Positions 31,431-40,137 of a stretch of DNA of 64,000 nucleotides are shown in pieces; within the stretch, counting starts at the first letter, position 1; the number at the start of each line of letters is the position of its first letter. A model generated the notes under the pieces. It ran no database searches. It saw only the letters and a list, made by a program, of their open reading frames with translations, and had not been told where the DNA came from. The position numbers and the translations under genes are program-made. The stretch comes from an uncultured delta proteobacterium (GTDB lineage: Bacteria > Myxococcota_A > Polyangia > Polyangiales > Polyangiaceae): positions 128,001 through 192,000 of the forward strand of contig CAVOKF010000004.1 in assembly GCA_963696385.1 (NCBI GenBank), read 5' to 3'.

Positions 31431-31623
31431 TCCGTGCGCATGGTGAACGCGGGCCGTACTTTTCTGCTGGCGAGGCCGAGAAGATTGGCGGCGACGACGT
31501 CCAGCCGCAGCGTTGGAGCGCCTCGCGGCGCTTGGACGTCTCAGCCGAGATTCGTGGGCGCGGTGGCGCGGAGTTGTCCGTTCCACGGCAAGAGCGTCGG
31601 GCATCTCCCTTCGGGAGCACTTG

Positions 31624-31782
31624 ATGCGTGTCGATACGAACGTCCTTTCCGAGCTCCTTCGTCCGCGGCCGAACGCCAACGTCGTCGCCTGGTTCGGGGC
31701 GCAGGAGATGATTCACATCAGCGTTGTCACTCTCGAAGAGCACGCTCCCGCCGGCGCGGCGATCTCACTCTTGCGTGCGTGA
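31624..31782 (+). pseudogene. N-terminal fragment of a PIN/VapC toxin
   Basis: VDTNVLSELLRPRPNANVVAW...ISVVTLEE; homology ends soon after. Confidence 0.72.
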
Positions 31783-31942
31783 CGCGTGACTGGTTGATTG
31801 CTTCGCCCGTGGATGAAGCTCCCCACATGCGACCCGAAGCTTACCGGTCTATTCGGATCCCAGGGGTCGGATGGGGTCGAAGACCCGTGTGAGCGCCGCG
31901 TGAACGGGAACTTCCAGCGTGGGCGTGTGTCGCTGTGGTTCC

Positions 31943-32710
31943 ATGAAGCTTCCGACGCCCATGATCGCTTTCTCGATGCCGATCCTCGCAAGCATGACGG
32001 AAGTCTTTCGTTCGGCGCATCGCGCGTTCGCCGTGGATCGTCGCGCCGAGTTCGAGGCGTCACGGCGACGCCTCGGCGTCACGGCAGAGCGCGGCTTTCT
32101 TCAGCGCACCCCGAATGGCGACCTCGCGGTCGTCGTATTCGAGGTGTCGGATCCCACTCGTTTGTTGACAAGCGCAGCGTCCTCGACGGCACAGCTAGAT
32201 GCCGACTTCCGTAGCTATCTGCTCGATGTCTTCGGGCTAGATCTCACCCAGATGCCGGCGACGCCACCGTCAGAACAGGTCTTTGACTGGCACGGAGGAG
32301 CTGCGATCGACCGAACCGACATCGAGAAACTAATCCGGCGCTGGACTCGCGAAGCGATTGCCGAGGGTCACCTTGACGTTTTCAACGAGCTGCTCGCTCC
32401 TGACGCGCTGGATCGAAGCGGTCCCGCCCCTGCGCTCGGCGTCGAGTCCTTCAAGGCTCGTGCTGCAGGGGTTCGCGCCGCCTTCTCGGATATCCAGATC
32501 GTCATCGATGATCTCGTCGTAGATGGCGACACCATCGCCTGGCGCTGGACCTTGACCGGCGTGCACGTCGGATCCTTTGCGGGACTCGCTCCGACCGATC
32601 GGCGCGCCGCCCTGCGAGGCGTTAACTTTCAACGCATCGAGAACGGCAGAGTCGTGGAGCACTGGAGCATGGTCGATGTTTTTGGGGCGCTGCAAGCCCT
32701 CCGGTCGTGA
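31943..32710 (+). CDS. Two-domain protein: unknown N-terminal domain plus SnoaL-like ester cyclase
   Basis: C-terminal AFSDIQIVIDDLVVDGD..WRWTLTGVHVG.F.G..PT....G.....GRVVEHW. Confidence 0.78.
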   Translation: MKLPTPMIAFSMPILASMTEVFRSAHRAFAVDRRAEFEASRRRLGVTAERGFLQRTPNGDLAVVVFEVSDPTRLLTSAASSTAQLDADFRSYLLDVFGLDLTQMPATPPSEQVFDWHGGAAIDRTDIEKLIRRWTREAIAEGHLDVFNELLAPDALDRSGPAPALGVESFKARAAGVRAAFSDIQIVIDDLVVDGDTIAWRWTLTGVHVGSFAGLAPTDRRAALRGVNFQRIENGRVVEHWSMVDVFGALQALRS

Positions 32711-32929
32711 CTGGACGCGGGACGTTACCGCCGCTCGAGAGCCGGATGGCGAGCGTCTGCCAGCACTCGCCGATGCCAAGACGAATGAGGCGACGCTGCT
32801 GCTCATGGCTTAGAAGCGCGACCTACAGCGCGAGGTCGAGGCGCATGGGCGCGACCTCCGAGGGCGAGGTTTTGTAGATGGGGCCGGCGGCGGCCCGGCA
32901 ATCCCGGACCTGGCGCGTCCCAACCGGCT

Positions 32930-33250
32930 CAGAACTTCGGTGGTACGTCACCGAGGCGCTTCTCGACGAGTACCGTGAAGTGCTCGCCCGTTCTGAGCTC
33001 GAGATCCGCAAGGGACAGCGCGCGCAACTCATCCAGCTTCTCGAAGACCGGACGCATCGCATGCGCCCTTGGCCGCGCGCTTCAAGTGACGCCCGACCCG
33101 GACGACAACATGTTGCTCGAGTGCGCGGATGCAGCGCGGGCCGACTATCTCGTAACCGGCAACCAGCGCTACGTTCCGGCGTTCTGGAAGCGCACGAAGG
33201 TGATCGCTTCGCGCAAGCTTATCGCCATCGTTCCGCCACATCTGACGTAG
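32930..33250 (+). pseudogene. PIN-family putative toxin, 5'-truncated and frameshifted
   Basis: EALLDEYREVLAR, then in another frame DPDDNMLLECA..ARADYLVTGN. Confidence 0.75.
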
Positions 33251-33432
33251 ACCGGTTCATGGAAGCTTGTGCGCACCAATGCTCTGACCTGGCGTGCAGA
33301 CGGCCGCCGCGCAGGCCCCCGATCAGAACCTCGGTGCGGTGTTCCTCAGGACCGAAACCGCAGCTTGAATGGTGCGTATCGATTCACTTCGGCGTCCACG
33401 AGCGTTAAACTTATCGCAAGCGACCGACCGAC

Positions 33433-33798
33433 CTACCGAGCCCACGGTGAGTCGGAAGGTCCCGGACCCCCCGGCGGGACTCGAGAACCGCTTGGCAAGA
33501 GCGGCGTCGGCGGCGGGCTGGGCATGTCGTCGTAGATGGCGCAGCAGGTCCCCGCGAGACAGGTTCCGAAGTTGCCGCCGGCAACGTAGCCCGCCGGGCA
33601 GCACATGGCGCTTCGTCCGCCGGCGTCTACGAGGTTGCCTTGGTCGTCGATACGGCACGGCTGGAGACGGGGGGGGGTCAATCGAGCCAACGTGGCTCCG
33701 TGGTTGTCCGCCACGACGCAGGCCGTGAGAAACATCAGCAACGCGACAAGACCTGGCCTCACGGCGAGAGGGTACGCGACTCGGTGCGCGTGGGCCAT
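33433..33798 (-). CDS. Small Cys-rich lipoprotein with a Pro-rich tail
   Basis: LVALLMFLTAC lipobox; C..CC..C..CC pattern. Confidence 0.55.
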   Translation of the reverse strand: MAHAHRVAYPLAVRPGLVALLMFLTACVVADNHGATLARLTPPRLQPCRIDDQGNLVDAGGRSAMCCPAGYVAGGNFGTCLAGTCCAIYDDMPSPPPTPLLPSGSRVPPGGPGPSDSPWAR

Positions 33799-34036
33799 GA
33801 CACGGCATTGCATGGCGAGCGAGTTCCCGACGGTCGAGTTCGTCGGCCATCCATTGCGGAATAGATCCTTCGTGCGCCTTGATGGCCTCGAGCTCCTCCG
33901 GATGTTTGGCCATGTTGTTCGCGAGGGCGTCCGCGAGTTCGGGCGCGAGGGATTCGCCGCGCTCGAGGCATTCGCCCGCGAGACGAGGGCGGCGGCCTGA
34001 AGACGGGGATCGCGTACAGACAAGCGATGGCGCCGT

Positions 34037-35965
34037 TCAGTCCCTGTAGGTAGTCAGAGCGTCGCCGAGGCCATCCTTGAGCGGCCCCAGCCAGCGTTCA
34101 TACTTCCTCCACTGGTCGACGCCCTCGCGGCTGATGGGCTGCCGAACCTGCTCCGAACTGGCCGTTCGCACGTTACGCTCAGTCTTGTGGAACTCCAGAC
34201 AGGCCGGCTCGAAGCGCAGGCCGCAGAAGTCCAGGATGCGGCGCACATTGCCCTCCAGGTTTTCCACCACGTCTTCGTGTTGCACCGTCAGGATCCACCC
34301 CGGCAACGCCTCGTTCCAGTGCCGCATGAGCTCGAGATAGTTGCGGTAGTAGTGTGCGATGTCCGCGATGCTGTAACTGAACTCCTGACCGCCCGAAAAC
34401 AGCTGCTTGAGGTTGCCGAAGCAGCAGGCCATGGGTTCGCGCCGGGCGTCGATGATTTTTGCGTTCGGCAGCATCAAGTGGATGAGGCCGACGTCGCGGA
34501 AGTTGTCCGGCAACTTGTCGATGAAGAACGGGCGCCGCGTCTGTCGGTAGATCCGGGTGTCGGCCATGAAGCGTTCACCGAACTCGCGGAAGTCCTGCGG
34601 CTTCAGCTCGGCCAGTACTCCCGGGTAGCGCGGGGTTCGCAGGTCCGTGTCGCGGCCGCGTAACCCCATCACGATGCGCTGGATGTCCGCCAGTTCCTGC
34701 GTGCCCTCGACCTCCGAATGCGAAGCCAGGATCTGTTCGATGAGTGTCGAGCCGGACCGCGTTAGCCCCAGGATGAAGATGGGACCCGCATCCGCGACAC
34801 CCCAGCCCCTGCGAGAGTCGAAGAATCCCCGCCTGCACACCTGCTTCGACTGCCGGACGTGGGCCTCGACAAGCCTGGGCAGGTAACGAACTTCCGCGTG
34901 CTTGAGCGCATTGCCGCGCTCGTAGTACGACCAGGAGTCGGCATAGTCATTCTGGTCTTCCAGTGCCTTGCCCAGCGCAAAGCACAGGTGGGAGCGGTCC
35001 ACAAGAGATGTGGACGGTGCAGCTTCCGCCGAGCGCATGCGCGCGATGTCCTCGAGGGAAAAGTGATACGTCTTGAGATTCGCCAGACCCCACCACGCCT
35101 CGCCCGATTCCGGCCAGGCGGCGATGGCGGCACGGTACCCCTGGATCGCCTCCGTCTGGTGCCCCTTGGTTCTCAGGGAGAACGCGATCCACATGTGCAG
35201 TTCTGCGGATTCCCGTCCCGGTTCGGCATCGCCCAGCAGCCGACGGTACAGGCTGATCCCGGGCTCGTAGTCACCCAACCTGATGCAGGCCTCTGCGTAC
35301 TGCCGGAGGTATGCTCTGTTACCCGGATCGAGCTCGAGCAACTGCTGGATCTCCTGGCGGGATCGCACATAGTTGTGTTGGTCGAGCAGCGAGCGAGCGT
35401 AGTCGGCGCGCGCGGCGCGGTAGCCCGGGGCCCGTTGTACGACGGCTTCCAGCAGCCGCTCGGCATCGGCCCGCAACCCGCGGGCGATGCAGATGCGCCC
35501 CAGCAGGCGCATGGCCTCGATGTGCTCTCCATGCTTCGCCAGGTACATCCGCAGGACGCGCTCGCCATGAATAAGGTCCCCGTCAGCGAACAGGCTGCCC
35601 GCCTCGACGATCTCAGAAGGCAGGTTGCCCAGCGTGGCGAGGCGATCCGCGATCCTGGCGGCGTTCTCTTCATCCCCCATTTCCAGATACAGGGCGTGCA
35701 GCATCTGCCAGCTGGCGGGCAGAGCGGCGTTGATGGTCACGGCCTGCCAGAAGGCGTCGATGGCTTTCGGCGCATCGCTCAGAGCGGCGTAACAGTGGCC
35801 ACGCTCCTCGTACAAGCGGCTGTAACGGGGATGCAGCTGCTGCAGCCGCTCCAGTACGCCCAGCGCCTCATCGAAGTGGTTGATCAAGCGCAAGTTCACG
35901 GCCTGCATGTAAAGCTCGGCGCGGTTTTGCGGGAATTGCGACAGCATTTCGGCTGAGAAGTTCAT
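34037..35965 (-). CDS. TPR-repeat sulfotransferase family protein (copy 1)
   Basis: N-terminal TPRs; IFILGLTRSGSTLIEQIL PAPS-binding loop, FIDKLP.NF, RREPMACC, VRTASSEQVRQPI; start could be 36010. Confidence 0.93.
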   Translation of the reverse strand: MNFSAEMLSQFPQNRAELYMQAVNLRLINHFDEALGVLERLQQLHPRYSRLYEERGHCYAALSDAPKAIDAFWQAVTINAALPASWQMLHALYLEMGDEENAARIADRLATLGNLPSEIVEAGSLFADGDLIHGERVLRMYLAKHGEHIEAMRLLGRICIARGLRADAERLLEAVVQRAPGYRAARADYARSLLDQHNYVRSRQEIQQLLELDPGNRAYLRQYAEACIRLGDYEPGISLYRRLLGDAEPGRESAELHMWIAFSLRTKGHQTEAIQGYRAAIAAWPESGEAWWGLANLKTYHFSLEDIARMRSAEAAPSTSLVDRSHLCFALGKALEDQNDYADSWSYYERGNALKHAEVRYLPRLVEAHVRQSKQVCRRGFFDSRRGWGVADAGPIFILGLTRSGSTLIEQILASHSEVEGTQELADIQRIVMGLRGRDTDLRTPRYPGVLAELKPQDFREFGERFMADTRIYRQTRRPFFIDKLPDNFRDVGLIHLMLPNAKIIDARREPMACCFGNLKQLFSGGQEFSYSIADIAHYYRNYLELMRHWNEALPGWILTVQHEDVVENLEGNVRRILDFCGLRFEPACLEFHKTERNVRTASSEQVRQPISREGVDQWRKYERWLGPLKDGLGDALTTYRD

Positions 35966-36242
35966 GACAACCGCAATCAATGAAAGGCAACACAACGCAA
36001 TGGTCAGCACTTCGCGACACCTGATTCTACAGCAACATCAGGGCGAACACGTGCAGTCCAGCCGCTGGCTGCCGACGCGTCCCGAAAAGCAGCTTTCTCG
36101 GATGCCGTGATCGCGTCACAAACCTTTCACGGGGACTTAGCAATCCGGCCCTAAGCTCGAAATGCAGGCGCGTGGCCGCACATCGTCGCTACCACTTCGT
36201 TGAAATCAACACCTGGATCCCGATCCGGGAAGGGGAGATTCT

Positions 36243-38630
36243 GTGGCAAATGATCGCAAGCTGAGGGATCGTCGTGAATTTTTGCAGCTGACGGGCCTGG
36301 GCTCGGCCGCCGCCGTCCTCCACTCGTCCGTCGCCAAGGCGCTGACCATTCCGGCGAACGTCAAGACCGGCACCATCATGGACGTCGAGCACATCGTGAT
36401 CCTGATGCAGGAGAACAACTCGTTCGACGAAGTATTCGGTACCCTGCGCGGAGTGCGCGGCTTCTCCGACCCGCGCGCGGTTAAGCAAAAGAACGGTAAC
36501 TCCGTGTTTTTGCAGCCGGCCGCGCCGACGTTCGGCGCTCCTGCCACCGGCTATGTGGAAAACGGCGTGACTTATGGCTGGCCCGCCAATCAGTTTGGCG
36601 GTGTGACGGCCGATCTGGTGGTGCCGCCATTCCAGATCAATGCGTCGGCCGCGACGGCGGCGAACGCGCCCTCCGCCACCCTTCCGACCGACAGCTTGAA
36701 TCTGGTGTATCGTCCGGGACTGGACCACGGCTGGCCTCTCGGCACCGAAGCGCGAGACGGCGGTGAGTGGGATGGTTGGGTCTCGGCGAAGAACCCCCTG
36801 ACCATGGCGTACCGCGAGCGCCCGGACGTTCCGTATCACCGCGCGCTGGCCGATGCCTTCACGGTCGGCGACAACTACTACTGCTCGTTCCGTGGTCCGA
36901 CCAACGTGAACCGCTGCTACCTGTGGACCGGTTGCAACGGCAACATTCCGGGCAACATCCTGCCCAACGGTACCCCAACCGTTCAAGGCACCAACGGCCA
37001 TGGCGGCGGCATCGTGCTCAGCAACGGTTATTTGGATGGCTATCCGCTGTCGTGGCCGACCTACCCCGAGTTTCTGGAGGCCGGCGGCGTCAGCTGGCGC
37101 ATCTACCAGGATATCGTGGGTGACTCGGTGTCGACCCCGACCGTCATCACCAACGATCAGGGCAGCGGGCCGATTCCGACGAACTCCGCTGGCCAACCGG
37201 TTTGCAATGGCAGCTTCGTCGGTAACTACACGGACAATCCGGTGTTGTACTTTCAGCAGTACGCCTACGCGCCAGCGAGCTCGCCGCTGTTCCAAAAGGG
37301 CGCGACGGGCACCGCCCTCGCCTATAACACTCCCGCGCTCACGGCGCCCCGCGCCGCGTGGGAGACTTGGGCCGAGGGCCTGTTCGCCCAGTTTCAGAGC
37401 GACGTAACGAACGGCACGCTGCCGCAGGTGTCTTGGCTGGTCGCCCCGTACGGCTATTGCGAGCACCCGGCCGCCCCGAACGGCTACGGTGCCTGGTACA
37501 TCTCTCAGGTCCTTGATATCCTGAGTTCGAGCCCGGAGGTGTTCAGCAAGACCGTGTTCATCATCAACTACGACGAGAACGATGGTTCCTTCGACCACTT
37601 GCCAGCGCCCGTTCCGGCGATCAGCACTGACGGTTCGGACGGTGCCACGACGATCACCGCCGACTACGAGCAGGTGCCGGGTTCGCCTGCGCTGCCAATG
37701 GGATTCGGCTTCCGTGTACCGTTTCTGGTAGTTTCGCCCTGGAGCAAGGGCGGGTACGTGAACTCCGAACTGTCGGACCACACCTCGATCGTCAAGTTCA
37801 TCGAGAAGCGCTTCGGCGTGTATTGCCCGAACATCACGCCCTGGCGCCGTGCAGTGAGTAGCGATTTGACCTCCTTTTTCAACTTCGCCAATCCCAACGG
37901 TCCGGTCGCGCAGCTTCCGGACACGTCCGCGTGGCTGCCGGAGGAGCTGCCTTCGGGTGGCGGTTCCAGCCTGACGCCCTCATCGGCTTCGCAGATCACC
38001 TTGGGCGTCCCGACGCAGGAGCGAGGCGTGCGCCCGGCGCGCGCGCTGCCCTACGACCTGGAGGTCACCGCCGCGGTGAACGCCTCCGTCGGCACCGTGA
38101 CCCTGACGTTCGTCAACACCGGCCGCCAGGCCGCGGTCTTCTCGGTGCGCTCGGTCAACGCCGCGGACGCTGTGCGTGCCTACACCGTAGAATCGGGCAA
38201 GTCGCTGTCGGGTACCTGGGACATTTCCCTGGTCTATGGCCTGTCGGTTTACGGCCCGAACGGCTTCCTGCGTCAGTTCAACGGCAGCAACGACAGCGCC
38301 GCCGCGCTGCTTGGCGTTACTGCGACGCACGGATTGGGGGGCTGTGGTTCGTTGGTGCTGCAAATCGCCAACCTGAAAGAGAACAAGGCGAGCGTCGCGG
38401 TGACCGACGCCTATACGGGTAAGATCGTCTCAGCGTTCTTCACCGGCCGTGGCAATGAAATGGCGTACGACTGGTCGTTGGAAGAGTTCCACGGTTGGTA
38501 TGACCTAGTCATCACGGTCGAGGAGGACGCGACCTTCGAGTATCGCTTCGCGGGCCACATCGAGACCGGCCGCGAGAGCATCTCCGATCCGGCGATGGGT
38601 GGGCTCGTCACCCTGAGGGTTCCTGTTTGA
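36243..38630 (+). CDS. Tat-exported phospholipase C/phosphoesterase (PlcH/PlcN/AcpA superfamily) with C-terminal DUF756-like domains
   Basis: RDRREFLQ Tat motif; VEHIVILMQEN.SFD, GPT..NR, EHP, YDENDG.FDH, GFRVP.LVVSPWSKGG; YGPNGFLR, GWYDL. Confidence 0.92.
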   Translation: MANDRKLRDRREFLQLTGLGSAAAVLHSSVAKALTIPANVKTGTIMDVEHIVILMQENNSFDEVFGTLRGVRGFSDPRAVKQKNGNSVFLQPAAPTFGAPATGYVENGVTYGWPANQFGGVTADLVVPPFQINASAATAANAPSATLPTDSLNLVYRPGLDHGWPLGTEARDGGEWDGWVSAKNPLTMAYRERPDVPYHRALADAFTVGDNYYCSFRGPTNVNRCYLWTGCNGNIPGNILPNGTPTVQGTNGHGGGIVLSNGYLDGYPLSWPTYPEFLEAGGVSWRIYQDIVGDSVSTPTVITNDQGSGPIPTNSAGQPVCNGSFVGNYTDNPVLYFQQYAYAPASSPLFQKGATGTALAYNTPALTAPRAAWETWAEGLFAQFQSDVTNGTLPQVSWLVAPYGYCEHPAAPNGYGAWYISQVLDILSSSPEVFSKTVFIINYDENDGSFDHLPAPVPAISTDGSDGATTITADYEQVPGSPALPMGFGFRVPFLVVSPWSKGGYVNSELSDHTSIVKFIEKRFGVYCPNITPWRRAVSSDLTSFFNFANPNGPVAQLPDTSAWLPEELPSGGGSSLTPSSASQITLGVPTQERGVRPARALPYDLEVTAAVNASVGTVTLTFVNTGRQAAVFSVRSVNAADAVRAYTVESGKSLSGTWDISLVYGLSVYGPNGFLRQFNGSNDSAAALLGVTATHGLGGCGSLVLQIANLKENKASVAVTDAYTGKIVSAFFTGRGNEMAYDWSLEEFHGWYDLVITVEEDATFEYRFAGHIETGRESISDPAMGGLVTLRVPV

Positions 38631-38805
38631 TCTGAGGCGATGAGCGGGGTGTGCCGCCGCGGCCGCTGCTCCAGCCGCGGCGGAGACCTTCCGAGGGCTT
38701 GATGAAGCCATTCTGGCGGGCTTTCGTCGCACGCGTTTAGGCGCTCAGAAACATCGCGCATGGTCCTGCTTGACCTTCCGGTCATCGGAAGGTGCATGAT
38801 TGCTA

Positions 38806-40000
38806 GTACCTCGAATCCATTGACGCGACGGGTTTTGCTTTCCATGGCGACGAGGGCGTGCTCCATGGTGGGCCATGAAAAAGCGCTACGTAGTGAATCT
38901 GACGGTGGACGAGCGGGCGGCGCTGACGCAGCTCGTGAAGCGTGAGCGCGTCTCGGGCCTGAAAAGGCTTCGCGCAAGCATTTTGCTGAAAGCCGACGAA
39001 GGGCTGACCGATCAGGAAATCTCGGACGACTTGGAGGCCGGGCTCGTCACGGTGGAGCGCGTGCGCAAGCGCTGCTGCGAGCGCGGCGTCGAAGCGTGCC
39101 TGGAGCGCAAGCCCCAAGACACCCCGTCGCGGCCGCGAAAGCTCGACGGGGCCTCGGAGGCGCGGCTGGTTCAGATTGCTTGCAGTGAGCCGCCCGCAGG
39201 GCGGGCACGGTGGACCATCTCGCTTCTCGCGGACCGACTCGTCGAGCTGAAGGTGTTCGACTCCGTCAGCCCGAGCACGGTCCAGCGCGGTCTAAAAAAA
39301 ACGAAATCAAGCCCTGGCTTGTAGAGCGCTTCTGCATTCCGCCTGAGGAAAACGCGGCGTTCGTAAAGTGCATGGAGGATGTGCTCGACGTTTACCATCG
39401 ACCCTATGATCCGGACCGGCCGCAGGTCTGTCTCGACGAGACCAGCAAGCAGTTGCTCGAGCACACCCGCCAGCCCGTTCCTGCGAGCCCCGGCACACCG
39501 GCCCGCGTCGATGACGAATACAAGCGGTGCGGCACAGCCAACATCTTCGCTGCCGTGGAACCGCTGACCGGGCAATCCGTCGTCGAAGTGACCGAGCGAC
39601 GCACGGCCGTCGACATGGCGCATTTCTTAGCCCGCCTGTCCGACGAGACCTACGCAACCGCGACCGTCATCGTCTTGGTCATGGACAACCTCAACATCCA
39701 CGATCTTTCGTGCCTGTACGAAGCATTCGCGCCCAAAGAGGCTCGTCGTCTGGTCGAGAGGTTCGAGGTTCACCACACCCCCAAGCACGGCAGTTGGCTC
39801 AACGTCGCCGAAATCTTCCTCTCGACCCTATCGATACAGTGTCTCGACCAGCGCGTCGGCAGCATCGGCGCGCTCCACACGATCGTCTCCGCGTGGCAGG
39901 CTTCGCGACCCGACCGCAAGGTCAACTGGCGCTTCACCACGGCGGACGCACGCATCAAGCTGCGCCGCCTCTACCCTTCCATTCCGTAGAATCGGGGTAC
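38806..40000 (+). mobile_element. Complete IS630-family element
   Basis: TA on both flanks (38804-38805 and 40001-40002); imperfect terminal IRs GTACCTCGAATC / GTACCCCGATTC. Confidence 0.92.
38875..39989 (+). CDS. IS630 transposase, probably made by -1 frameshift at the A8 run (39294-39301)
   Basis: ORF A carries the HTH (RPRKLDG, RWT..LLA); ORF B carries DDE motifs (CLDETSK, MDNLN.H, PKHGSWLNVAE); the frames overlap at CTAAAAAAAACG. Confidence 0.9.
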
Positions 40001-40137
40001 TAGCACCATGAACTCATCCGCAACGGGGAACTGTCGGTCGAAGAAGTGGTCTGCGCCTTGTGCGTGCGACGGGTCGGACGTGCGCTCAAGGCAGTGCCGG
40101 GCGTCGAGGCCGTAGGCAACCGGACCTGCGTGAAATT

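Noticed and set aside
38740..40080. Possible amidase N-terminal fragment around the IS630 site (ELIRNGELSVEEVV)
   Set aside because: Too short and interrupted to assign
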